DNA of 64,000 bases from an uncultured Bacteriovoracaceae bacterium (GTDB taxonomy: Bacteria; Bdellovibrionota; Bacteriovoracia; Bacteriovoracales; Bacteriovoracaceae). Within the stretch, counting starts at the first letter, position 1. The number at the start of each line of letters is the position of its first letter. The notes under the pieces were generated by a model. It saw nothing but the letters and a program-made list of their open reading frames with translations. It was not told the origin of the DNA and searched no databases. Positions 51,358 through 60,684 of the stretch are shown here, one piece after another. The translations under genes and the position numbers were made by a program. The stretch lies in assembly GCA_964012805.1 (NCBI GenBank), contig CAXGUD010000003.1, positions 101,740 through 165,739 of the forward strand, given 5' to 3'.

Positions 51358-53817
51358 TTAATCCTTGTGGAGAAAATTTAGTTTTTTATAAAACCTCGGA
51401 TTATCTTTCATTGTAAATTTAATTTCGACTCTTCTTGAAAGTTTACAGTTGTAAACTCCACAAGTCGGATCTTTTTTAGAGCCAGGCTTTAGCTTAATTG
51501 GTTCAGAAAAGCTTTTTCCCATGACTGATATTTTTTCTCTTAAAACATTCTTATATTTAAATCCGCCAAATTGTTGGCTGAAAATGAACTTTACAATTTC
51601 TTTGGCCCTAGCAGTACTTAAGTCTAAATTGTAATTGTAAGCTACAGTGTTTTTGCCAAGAGGGTCCGTAAATTTTCTTTTATAGCGAGGACTAGCATGA
51701 CCGATAATATTGACTTGGTCGATATTATCTCTGATCTTTTTGGATTTAAAAATTTCGGATGTATAGATCGGTATTATTTTTCTCAGAGTTGATTTGGCAA
51801 CATTAGTTAAGACTGATTGATTTCTTTTAAAAAGAAAAGCTCCATCCAGTCTAAGAGTGATATTACCTGTCTTCTTATCCATTTCAGTTTGAACATTATA
51901 TCTTGCCATTTTTTGTGCAATATTATTTCCTAAATCTTTTCTAAAATCATCTTGTGCTTTGAATGGGTTCCTTTTTGTCAGCTTGTCGTAATCTTTCCTT
52001 AAATTATCAATTTTTGCCAGAAGAACATCATTTTTTTGTTTGAGGTCGAGAACTTTCTTCTTACTTTCATTATCTTTATTGTTAGATTCAGTTTTTAAGT
52101 TAGCGATCTCTCTTTTAAAATCATCACCAGAGTCCTCAAGTGAAGCAATCTTATTTTTAAGTTTATTATTTTCTTTTTTAATTTTATCGATTTCTTTTAG
52201 AGCAGTTTTATTATTTTCTTTAAGATTCTGATACTTATCATTCAGCTGTCTGTTTGTATTCTTGATTTTGTTGTTATTTTCATTTTCGAATTGAATTTGA
52301 CGGTTTTTATCTACGATCAATTTATCTTTTTTATGACTATCAACCTCACACTTTTTAATGCTGGAACTTAATGCTGCAATATTTTTTTGTTGCATTCCAT
52401 TGCTTTTATTAAGTCCAGATATTTTATTTTTGAAACCCTCTATCGTCCCTTTCATACTATTAATAGTACCTCTCAACTTATCATTTTTCCCTTTGGAATT
52501 GGCAAGCTGGCCCATTGCTGAAGCAAGACTTGATTGCAAATCAGATTGCGCACTTTTGGAAGATGAGACTTGACTTTCCAGGCCCTTAATAACGGAATTA
52601 AGACTTCCTATTTTTGATTGAGCATTTTCAAGATCGCTATTTTTCGAAGCGAGTTGTTGGTTAAAAGATTGTTTTCCCTTTAACATTTGATCATTGAGGC
52701 TCTTCATTCTATCTTCAAAGTCTTTGATTTTACCTTTTAGTTTATCATTAGACTTTGTGGATGCTAAGAACCTTCCTTGTACTTTCACCGTTTTACTTTT
52801 TTGTGTACTGAGGTCTTTTTTAAGAGAACTAAGGTTTGTTGTTATCTTTTTGAGGTTACTTGTCAGTAGCTTAATCTTAGACTTTAAAGATTCCTCTCTC
52901 TTTTGACTTTTTAGAAGATTATTTTGGGTTCTTTCCATATTATTTTGTGACTTTTTGGATAATGCTTTTGCCATTTCCATATTAACTTTAATAGAGTCAA
53001 TTTCTTTTTTCTTTTTCTGAACTTCTTTTTCGAATAAACTAACGGACTTTTTAAGATCAATTATTTTTGAAGATTTCTCTTGGTTTTTAAGTTTAAGAAA
53101 TTTTACCGACTTTTGGTAGCTCAAAAGGCTTTTCTTTTCTTTGTTAATCTGCTGTTTTAATTTAGAAACTTCTTTTGTATTTTCATTTTTTATTTTTTCG
53201 ATGGTCTTTTTTATATCGGCGATTCTTTTTTGTTTATCTTTCACATCTCTTTTTAAATTTTTATTTTCTTTATTTATATTCTTAATATTTTGAATTTTTC
53301 TATTTAGGTCGACTGTTTTCTTATCTAAGATTTTATCAAGGTTAACCAAGTTTTCATTAAGCTTCTTTATCTCTTCATTTTTTTTGTTTACCTTTGTATT
53401 CATAAATTTAAGAGATTCATCTTTTATAGTTTGATCTTTAAGTAATTTTTCAATATCGACTTTATGACTTGCCATTTTTTTACTGAATTTATTTAACTCT
53501 TTCATTTTCTTTGAAATAACATCATCAAAATCTTTCATTTCATTAACAGCAAGCTTTAATCGACTTTTCCTTTCCTCATTTTCTTTTCGAGTCTTTTCTG
53601 AAACTTTACCTTCGTAATACTCTTTTTGCTCTTTAGTTTCCTTTATGGCCTTTAAGCTCATCACACTTGTTCTTAAGAGAGCAAAAACAAACATTACAAG
53701 GAAGATTATTGCGACAGCAGTAAAAAGATCACTATAAGAAGTCCAAATTGAACCCTTGTCGTCGTTTTTAACTTTGATCCGTTTTTTTCTTTCTACAGTC
53801 ACTTCTTTTTCCCTCAA
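51358..53817 (-). CDS. MotB/ZorB-like protein with long coiled coil and OmpA-like C-terminal domain
   Basis: IWTSYSDLFT plus TM; about 570 Lys-rich, heptad-like residues; IIGHAS, YNLDLSTARA, SRRVEIKF. Probable true start is GTG 53802 after GAGGGA. Confidence 0.8.
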   Translation of the reverse strand: MREKEVTVERKKRIKVKNDDKGSIWTSYSDLFTAVAIIFLVMFVFALLRTSVMSLKAIKETKEQKEYYEGKVSEKTRKENEERKSRLKLAVNEMKDFDDVISKKMKELNKFSKKMASHKVDIEKLLKDQTIKDESLKFMNTKVNKKNEEIKKLNENLVNLDKILDKKTVDLNRKIQNIKNINKENKNLKRDVKDKQKRIADIKKTIEKIKNENTKEVSKLKQQINKEKKSLLSYQKSVKFLKLKNQEKSSKIIDLKKSVSLFEKEVQKKKKEIDSIKVNMEMAKALSKKSQNNMERTQNNLLKSQKREESLKSKIKLLTSNLKKITTNLSSLKKDLSTQKSKTVKVQGRFLASTKSNDKLKGKIKDFEDRMKSLNDQMLKGKQSFNQQLASKNSDLENAQSKIGSLNSVIKGLESQVSSSKSAQSDLQSSLASAMGQLANSKGKNDKLRGTINSMKGTIEGFKNKISGLNKSNGMQQKNIAALSSSIKKCEVDSHKKDKLIVDKNRQIQFENENNNKIKNTNRQLNDKYQNLKENNKTALKEIDKIKKENNKLKNKIASLEDSGDDFKREIANLKTESNNKDNESKKKVLDLKQKNDVLLAKIDNLRKDYDKLTKRNPFKAQDDFRKDLGNNIAQKMARYNVQTEMDKKTGNITLRLDGAFLFKRNQSVLTNVAKSTLRKIIPIYTSEIFKSKKIRDNIDQVNIIGHASPRYKRKFTDPLGKNTVAYNYNLDLSTARAKEIVKFIFSQQFGGFKYKNVLREKISVMGKSFSEPIKLKPGSKKDPTCGVYNCKLSRRVEIKFTMKDNPRFYKKLNFLHKD

Positions 53818-53836
53818 AAGGATTAGGCGTCATGCT

Positions 53837-53863
53837 TTGTCGGGTATTTAAAGAAATACCTTA
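53837..53863 (-). promoter_or_regulatory. Candidate sigma28-type promoter
   Basis: Minus strand TAAG-N15-CCCGACAA, against consensus TAAA-N15-GCCGATAA. Confidence 0.4.
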
Positions 53864-53970
53864 ATGAAAAAATCAACCTTTTTTTAAGTAACTGAAATTA
53901 TGGTAAAAACTGATTTGGTCTCAAGGAGCATTTATTGAGCTTAATTTGGCGGTTTAAATAAAATATTTTT

Positions 53971-54963
53971 TTAGGATGTTAGATCAAACAAACGTTCTTT
54001 TTTTCCAAGAATACTATCGAACTCCTGGATTCTCTTCTTTTTTATTTTTCTAAGATAGGACTCGCTTTTTTCAAAAGATTTTTCCAAAAGATCCCAATCT
54101 TTGAGGAAGCCTTTCCACTCTTCCTTAAACATTAGAAAGAGTTTTAAAGACTCATCATGACCTTCTGACATTTGAACTGATGTGATTGTATTTTTAATAA
54201 CGCTTAAAAGAGGAAAAAGGAGGACAGGACTGCAAAAAAGAATTCTATGTGAAAGAGCTTCTTGAAAAAGTTCAGACCCTTCTTGTTGAATGAAGCTAAA
54301 AATACTGTCACTCGGGAGGAGTAGACAAATAAAATCTAAACTTTCCAGTTCAGAGTCATAAGCTTTTTTCCTCATTTCTCTCATATGATTTCTTATATCT
54401 TTAATGAATTGTTTGTAAACAATAGAGTTTTTATTTTGTTTCTCTTCCCATATTTTTTGGTAATTGCTGAAAGGGAATTTGCAATCGACAATAAGCTTTT
54501 TTTCTTTTGGTAAATAGAATATGAAGTCAGGCCTTTTTCCACTTTTAAGTGAAAATTGTCTTTCAAAGTGAATGCCTTCAATAAACCCTATTCCTGTAAT
54601 CATTTTTAATATAACTTCTTCACCAAAAAGACCTCTTTGGTGATTATTATAAAAAAGACCTTGCCATTTTTGTGTTTGATTAAAGAGGTTTTCAGTTGTT
54701 TTAAATGTTTCTTGAAGAAGGTGGTAAACTTCGCCATGCCGTTTTACCGATTCATTATTGAGAGTGGCCATAATTTTTTCTAAATTATCTCTAGTAGAGT
54801 TACTGATTCCAGTTTGAATTGTTTCTTTTAGAATAGGCATATCTTGCTCTCTTAATTGAGAGATTTGGAGGTTTTTTTCTTTTAATAGCCTTTGAAAAAA
54901 AAAGAAGCAAAGAAAGAGACCTAAAATGAGGCCTAATATAAAAGTTAAGACTTGAGGGTGCAT
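53971..54963 (-). CDS. rmuC: DNA recombination protein RmuC family
   Basis: N-terminal TM, RGLFGEEVI, RPDFIFYLP, IVDCKFP, SLDFICLLLPSDS. Confidence 0.85.
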   Translation of the reverse strand: MHPQVLTFILGLILGLFLCFFFFQRLLKEKNLQISQLREQDMPILKETIQTGISNSTRDNLEKIMATLNNESVKRHGEVYHLLQETFKTTENLFNQTQKWQGLFYNNHQRGLFGEEVILKMITGIGFIEGIHFERQFSLKSGKRPDFIFYLPKEKKLIVDCKFPFSNYQKIWEEKQNKNSIVYKQFIKDIRNHMREMRKKAYDSELESLDFICLLLPSDSIFSFIQQEGSELFQEALSHRILFCSPVLLFPLLSVIKNTITSVQMSEGHDESLKLFLMFKEEWKGFLKDWDLLEKSFEKSESYLRKIKKKRIQEFDSILGKKERLFDLTS

Positions 54964-55165
54964 AAAACTAGTTCCTTAAGTAAAAGCGATATCTAAAGGA
55001 TAGATCTTTGTGCTTTGCATTGTAAGCTGTGAGTGTTTTTTCCTTGTTAAATTGATCAAGTATTGAGGGGCTTAAATGGCATTTTATAACTTTTTTTTTG
55101 TTGCGCCGCTTGAAAGGTATAATAAAAACGAAAAATAGTTTTTAAAAAGTCATCGTGGAGGAAAA

Positions 55166-56875
55166 ATGGAAGGTTTTTTGTTTTTGAATAATAGGATGGT
55201 TAAGCAGTTCACTTTATTTTTTTCCGTTTTTATTCCATGTGTTTTTCCTCAATATAGTTTGGCAAATCAATTGGTTCTTTTACACACAAATGATCATCAT
55301 GGTCACTATATTCAAGACCCCAAGCAGAGAATTTTTGGGATGGCCGCTCGAAAAACACTTATAGATAAATTAAGAGCAACTGCAAAAGTTAAGGGAAAGA
55401 GTATTTTATTATTATCAGGAGGAGATATAAATACAGGAACTCCAGAATCTGATTTTTTTGATGCAGAACCTGACTTTCGTGCAATGAATATGATGGGATA
55501 CGATGCTATGAGTATTGGTAATCATGAATTTGATAACCCTTTTAAGACTCTTCTTAAGCAGCAAAGTTGGAGTAAGTTTCCATTTTTAGCAGCAAATATA
55601 TATTACTCAAAGGGAAAGAAAAAGTTTAACCCTTCTACTCATGGTGATAAGGATCGGCCCTTTAAGCCTTACATTGTTAAAATAGTTGGAGATAAAAAAG
55701 TTCTCATTGTTGGTTTTACAACTGAAGAAACTGCTAAATTTACTAAAGTTAAGGAAGTACTTTTTAGACCTGCTTTAGAAGAAGCAAAAAGAATCTTACC
55801 AAAGCTTAATCGTGAAATTAAGCCAGACTTAACAATCGCTTTAACTCATTTAGGATATTTTGTTGCAGGAATGCATCGGGGATTTCCTGCAGATTATTCT
55901 CTTGCTAAAGAGCTTGGTAAAAAACACTTAGATATTATTGTCGGCGGTCATACTCAAAAGGCACTTGTTGAGCCCCATATTGTAAATGGAGTAGCTATTG
56001 TGCAAGCAGGTGAGTGGGGGAAATACCTGGGAAAAATGGAAGTTGAAATTTTAGGAAAGAGAAAATATAAAATTCGTTCTTATGATCTTCTCGGAGTAAA
56101 TTACAAAGCTGTAAGTACTGATTTTGCAAGAAGAGAGGATGTTAAAAATATTGGGAAAGTAAAAAAATTGATTGTGAAAGAGGACCGGACAGTAAGTACT
56201 TATTTACGAGATTTTTATAAGAGGTACCCCGCTAAGTTAGATGAGGCATTTGCTACTATTGATTCAAATTTCGATGGAAGGGGGAGAGGTCGCGGAAAGG
56301 AAACTAATTTAGGAAGGCTTATATCACACTCTATTTGTTATATTACTCACGGTGATATTTGTTTTTTCAATAATGGTGGATTAAGGATAGACCTTGATAA
56401 AGGCACAATCACCAGGCGTGATATACTCGCACTCATGCCTTTTAATAATGAACTTTGCCACGTTAAGATTAAGACAAAAGAACTCGTAGATTATTTAGAA
56501 AAAATTTATAAGGCAACAAAGTATAGGTCGACTCATTTTAGTGGAGTCCGCTTTACGGTCGAAGGTTATAAGATTAAAGACCTTTATGTGAACATAGAAA
56601 AAGGAAACCCATCACTTATTCCGAATAACTCACTAAAAAAAGTTTATTCAAATGGAAAGGTTCTTAAAGACAAAGTGTTTGATGTTGCTTCGACATGCTT
56701 TTTAACGAGAGGGAGAGATGGTTACCCCAATATGGAAAAAGTTAAAACTCATGAAAAATATGGGATTAACGAAGGGATAGAGTATAAAGACTCCTTAGTT
56801 TTTATTGATTTTCTCAAACAGAAAAAAAAGGTTACAGGAAAGGAGTATTCCGTAGAAACAGTTCAATCCAAATAG
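55166..56875 (+). CDS. Exported 5'-nucleotidase/UDP-sugar hydrolase (UshA-like)
   Basis: LHTNDHHGH, GGDINTG, GNHEFD, LTH, GGHTQ, NNGGLR, MPFNN. Confidence 0.9.
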   Translation: MEGFLFLNNRMVKQFTLFFSVFIPCVFPQYSLANQLVLLHTNDHHGHYIQDPKQRIFGMAARKTLIDKLRATAKVKGKSILLLSGGDINTGTPESDFFDAEPDFRAMNMMGYDAMSIGNHEFDNPFKTLLKQQSWSKFPFLAANIYYSKGKKKFNPSTHGDKDRPFKPYIVKIVGDKKVLIVGFTTEETAKFTKVKEVLFRPALEEAKRILPKLNREIKPDLTIALTHLGYFVAGMHRGFPADYSLAKELGKKHLDIIVGGHTQKALVEPHIVNGVAIVQAGEWGKYLGKMEVEILGKRKYKIRSYDLLGVNYKAVSTDFARREDVKNIGKVKKLIVKEDRTVSTYLRDFYKRYPAKLDEAFATIDSNFDGRGRGRGKETNLGRLISHSICYITHGDICFFNNGGLRIDLDKGTITRRDILALMPFNNELCHVKIKTKELVDYLEKIYKATKYRSTHFSGVRFTVEGYKIKDLYVNIEKGNPSLIPNNSLKKVYSNGKVLKDKVFDVASTCFLTRGRDGYPNMEKVKTHEKYGINEGIEYKDSLVFIDFLKQKKKVTGKEYSVETVQSK

Positions 56876-56919
56876 TCATAAAGATTAAAATGATTAATCA
56901 AGGCTTTACCTAAAAGAAA

Positions 56920-57474
56920 TTAGTCTTCAAGGTCCTTTAAAAGTGCAGCTTTTTGTTCTTCTTTTAGAGGGCTCTCAATATTTAAGTCTTCGTGGTCACA
57001 ACCAATCTTTACTGGGCTTTGAGCATCACAATTAAATTTTAGGTATTGGACGGATGAGAGACGGTTTTCTCCAACCTGTCTGGAGTCAAATTCAGCATAG
57101 GTTCTTTTTCCATTTTCTAAAATAAGGTAAATGTGCTTTGGAAGAGAAAGCCATTTTTTAAGTAATAAATCTCTTTGTTCACTATCACTTATCTCAATAA
57201 GGAGTGTACAGCCAAGACCTCCTTTCTCTCCAAGAAGTTCGTTATATGTTTTTATTTCATGGAGTATGTCAGACTCTCGAACAATCCTCTCCGTTCTAAC
57301 CATTTCTTGAATTTGATATTTAATGGTATCTGTATTTTCAAATAAAAAAGTGAGGTGCTCTCCAAGATGAATCCTTCGATCTTTTTTTATTGAAAGTGCA
57401 TTCTTTCTCACATCATTTCGAGTGTCTTCGTAAGTCATAAAATCTAGAATATCTTCTCTTTGTACTCTTTTCAT
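56920..57474 (-). CDS. DUF3501 family protein
   Basis: RRIHLG, FENTDTIKYQIQEMVRTE, TLLIE, SSVQYLKF; sits after rubrerythrin and the Fe-S oxidoreductase. Track start 57498. Confidence 0.88.
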   Translation of the reverse strand: MKRVQREDILDFMTYEDTRNDVRKNALSIKKDRRIHLGEHLTFLFENTDTIKYQIQEMVRTERIVRESDILHEIKTYNELLGEKGGLGCTLLIEISDSEQRDLLLKKWLSLPKHIYLILENGKRTYAEFDSRQVGENRLSSVQYLKFNCDAQSPVKIGCDHEDLNIESPLKEEQKAALLKDLED

Positions 57475-57527
57475 ATTTAGTCCGTTTTTTAAATACATAA
57501 TGAAATCCTATTTAAACCTTTTTCTCT

Positions 57528-58886
57528 TTATTTATCATCATCTTTTTTAATTTTTGTTTGAAAGCCATTTTCTCGGTAAGCTTTTGCCAAAATACTCATG
57601 GGATGCAAGGGTTTAACTCCTGCGTGTTGGGAAAATTGAAGTGCTGCTAAAGGGCATTCTGTGGACCACACTTCACTTTCGGCTTCTTTCATACCCTCAA
57701 ATGACTTTTTACCTACTTTTATACTGGCCTCAAAAGTTTCTTTTTTCATCGCAAATGTCCCATCATGACCGCAGCATTCCATAACGCTTTTTGGGGTGAC
57801 ACCAGGTATTTTTCTAAGGAGGTCACGCCCCTTAAAGCCGACAGCTTGTGCTCTCAAGTGGCAAGGTGAATGGTAGGCCACAGAGTTTCCTGGTGTTGAT
57901 TTAAATTCCGTGTTAAATCTTTCTTCTTTTCGAATAGACCATAAAAACTCACTCGTCTCCATAACTGCTTCAGCACATTTCTTGGCCTGTTCTCGGTCTT
58001 CTTTGGCGACAAGTCCGGGGTATTCATTACGGAGCATCATGGTGCAGGTGGGGTTAATTCCAATAATTTTTGCACCTTTTTCCACATAAGGAGTTAATTT
58101 ATCCAAGTTTATTTTGGCATTTTTTCTTAGCGTCTCAAGGTCTCCATGTTCCCACGAAGGCATCCCACAACAGGCGAGGCCTTCAACGCAAGCAATATTG
58201 ACTTTATTTTTTTCAAAAACATCTAAAGTATCTCTTCCTATCTGAGGCTCATTATTTTGAACGTAGCATGTTTGAAAGAGCACCACTTCAATTTCAGGGT
58301 CAGGTTTTTTTATTTTATTTAATTTTTTAGCAAGCTTTTCAAAAGTTGTTTTTGCGAACTCGGGGAGCAATTTATCTCTGTGAATACCCATTAACTTCTC
58401 AAGAAAAATTCTGTGTACTTTGACCCTATTCATAACGTTGGCCATTCCAAGGCTCAGTCTGGAAAATAAGCCCGCCTGATCAGCGTTAGAAATTATTCTA
58501 TCTTTGAAAGGAACACCTTCTTTTTTCGTTTTAATGGCCCTATAACGGTGAACTAATTTTGGAAAATCCAATAGGAATTCGTGTTTATCTCTGGGTGTGT
58601 AAGGGCATTGAACTTCGCAAAGTTTGCATTGAAAACAATTATCCATAACATTTTGGGTTTCTAAAACTGATAGTTCAGTTACATCTCCATCATGATTTTC
58701 GTCGATGAATTTAAAAAGATTGGGGAAAGAGTCGCAGTACTTGAAACACATGCGGCAGCCATGACAAATCTCGAAGGCCCTGGTGATTTCTTTTTGGAGG
58801 GCTTCTTCACTCCAATACTTTTCATCTTCAGGATCATAAGTAAGGCCATCGGTTGGCAAATAAGAAATGGGTCCCTTTTTACTCAT
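57528..58886 (-). CDS. Rubrerythrin-associated Fe-S oxidoreductase (GlpC/HdrD-like)
   Basis: CHGCRMCFKYC, CFQCKLCEVQCPY, two CCG domains (CCGMP and CCGHDG). Confidence 0.9.
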   Translation of the reverse strand: MSKKGPISYLPTDGLTYDPEDEKYWSEEALQKEITRAFEICHGCRMCFKYCDSFPNLFKFIDENHDGDVTELSVLETQNVMDNCFQCKLCEVQCPYTPRDKHEFLLDFPKLVHRYRAIKTKKEGVPFKDRIISNADQAGLFSRLSLGMANVMNRVKVHRIFLEKLMGIHRDKLLPEFAKTTFEKLAKKLNKIKKPDPEIEVVLFQTCYVQNNEPQIGRDTLDVFEKNKVNIACVEGLACCGMPSWEHGDLETLRKNAKINLDKLTPYVEKGAKIIGINPTCTMMLRNEYPGLVAKEDREQAKKCAEAVMETSEFLWSIRKEERFNTEFKSTPGNSVAYHSPCHLRAQAVGFKGRDLLRKIPGVTPKSVMECCGHDGTFAMKKETFEASIKVGKKSFEGMKEAESEVWSTECPLAALQFSQHAGVKPLHPMSILAKAYRENGFQTKIKKDDDK

Positions 58887-58930
58887 TACCTTACTCCTAG
58901 ATTTTCACTTTGTCTGTAGCAGATCAACGT

Positions 58931-58989
58931 AGAAACTAAAAGAAGCAAACCCATCGATATTCTCTTAAAGTATTAGATAGATTTGCTTC
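58931..58989 (-). terminator. Long hairpin with U-rich tail between rubrerythrin and the Fe-S oxidoreductase
   Basis: On the mRNA strand GAAGCAAAUCUAUC pairs with GAUGGGUUUGCUUC (14 bp, 2 G-U), followed by UUUUAGUUUC. Confidence 0.55.
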
Positions 58990-59039
58990 CGTTAAAGGTA
59001 TTAAATAAAACTAGTTCAAAATCTTGAGAAACAAACTAA

Positions 59040-59459
59040 TTAATCTATTGTTTCTAGCATCTTTTGGAATCTGCCTGCATGTGACTTTTCAGCTTTTGCC
59101 AGCGTTTCAAACCAGTCAGCAATTTCTTCAAAACCTTCGTCTCTAGCAGTTTTGGCCATTCCCGGATACATATCAGTATATTCGTGAGTTTCACCTTCAA
59201 CTGCAGCTTTTAAGTTAAGAGTAGAGTCTCCAATTGGTAACCCTGTTGCTGGATCACCAACTTTTTTGAGATAATCCAGATGTCCGTGAGCGTGACCTGT
59301 TTCACCCTCAGCCGTGTCTCTGAAGTTTGCCGCAATTTCTGGATAACCTTCAACGTCTGCAACCTTAGCAAAGTAGAGGTAGCGTCTGTTTGCTTGAGAT
59401 TCTCCAGCAAAGGCATCCTTTAAATTTTGATGGGTCTTAGTACCCTTCAATTCAGCCAT
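59040..59459 (-). CDS. rbr: Rubrerythrin (short type, no rubredoxin domain)
   Basis: [37 protein letters not shown]. Confidence 0.93.
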   Translation of the reverse strand: MAELKGTKTHQNLKDAFAGESQANRRYLYFAKVADVEGYPEIAANFRDTAEGETGHAHGHLDYLKKVGDPATGLPIGDSTLNLKAAVEGETHEYTDMYPGMAKTARDEGFEEIADWFETLAKAEKSHAGRFQKMLETID

Positions 59460-59523
59460 GTTTTGCCCCCTTTTTTGTTTAAACTATTTTTAATAGTTTA
59501 TTTTCCCATAATACCGCTAAAGC

Positions 59524-59546
59524 TAATATCGATAAATTCGATATTA
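59524..59546. promoter_or_regulatory. Perfect inverted repeat, candidate OxyR/LysR operator
   Basis: TAATATCGA-taaat-TCGATATTA (ATCG-N7-CGAT, fits T-N11-A) between the divergent rbr and oxyR. Confidence 0.6.
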
Positions 59547-59588
59547 ATGATACAATCATAGACAAAATCTAATATAGGAATGAAGCCT

Positions 59589-60545
59589 ATGACCCTAACT
59601 CAGCTAGAATATGTAATTGCTATCAATAAACATAGAAACTTCAAAAAGGCTGCGGAGTCCTGTCATATTACTCAGCCTACTCTAAGTATGCAGGTTCAAA
59701 GGCTAGAAGAAGAACTTGGGCTCATTATTTTTGACCGCGGTAAAGTTCCCTTAAAGATTACATTAAAGGGAAAATTGTTCATAGATCAAGCTAAAGTTGT
59801 TTTGGGTGAAGCAAGTAAGCTTAAAGACATTGCATCTAAAACCCTCAACCCTCTCAAGGGTGAGCTAAAAGTTGGAGTTATACCAACATTGGCGCCTTAT
59901 TTAATTCCTCTTTTTTTGGATTCTTTTCTAAATGAATATCCTTCTATTGACCTTATCATTAATGAGCATCAAACTCATGAAATTATTGACCTTCTTGAAA
60001 ATGACAAATTGGATCTAGGACTTCTTGTTACGCCATTGGAGAAAAATCAATTCTTTGAAAGGGTTCTTTTTTATGAGCCTTTTTTGGCTTACTTATCCTC
60101 AACAAACCCGCTTTTAAAAAGGAAAAAAATAGATCAGGATGATTTAAGCGGACAGACCCTTTGGGTTTTAACTGAAGGGCATTGCTTTAGAGATCAGACA
60201 CTTAACATCTGCTCTCCTGATTCAAAAAAAGGAAAGAAGGAAGAAAGAGGAAAAAATATTACTTTTGAAGGTGGACAATTAGAGACCCTGAAGAACCTTG
60301 TTAAAAGAAATGAAGGACTTACCCTCGTTCCTTTTCTGTCTACCCTTTATGATAAATCAAAGCAGGAGAAGTCTTTAACTAGGTCTTTTTCCGGTCAAGT
60401 ACCAACACGAGAGGTTTCTATCGTCCTCAGTCGTTTTTTTCATAAGGAGGAGATGGTAGATGCCTTAGAGGAAGAAATTTTAAAGGCTTTACCAGAAGGA
60501 ATAATTTCCAAAAAATCAAAAAAAATAAAAGTCATAGAATTTTAA
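59589..60545 (+). CDS. oxyR: OxyR-type LysR regulator
   Basis: HTH NFKKAAESCHITQPTLS, GVIPTLAPYL, redox Cys pair in EGHCFRDQTLNIC. Start is 59589 or 59580. Confidence 0.88.
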   Translation: MTLTQLEYVIAINKHRNFKKAAESCHITQPTLSMQVQRLEEELGLIIFDRGKVPLKITLKGKLFIDQAKVVLGEASKLKDIASKTLNPLKGELKVGVIPTLAPYLIPLFLDSFLNEYPSIDLIINEHQTHEIIDLLENDKLDLGLLVTPLEKNQFFERVLFYEPFLAYLSSTNPLLKRKKIDQDDLSGQTLWVLTEGHCFRDQTLNICSPDSKKGKKEERGKNITFEGGQLETLKNLVKRNEGLTLVPFLSTLYDKSKQEKSLTRSFSGQVPTREVSIVLSRFFHKEEMVDALEEEILKALPEGIISKKSKKIKVIEF

Positions 60546-60684
60546 TTCAAAAAATAGCACAAAATGTAGGCATGTTTGTTTACCCCATAGAAATTTTTTT
60601 AGGTTCAAATTTTTTTTAGATACCTTGGTAAAAATGTTTGATAAAACCTACAAATTTTTGATTAGGGGTACGAATTACTTTAAT

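Noticed and set aside
50413..53817. Calling the motor pair a complete Zorya defence system or a flagellar motAB
   Set aside because: No ZorC/D/E, no long ZorA tail, reversed gene order and no flagellar context.
53971..56875. rmuC and the 5'-nucleotidase as parts of the motor-like system
   Set aside because: Both are common stand-alone genes; a gap of about 150 nt with a candidate promoter separates rmuC, and the nucleotidase is divergent. Only synteny in other genomes could link them.
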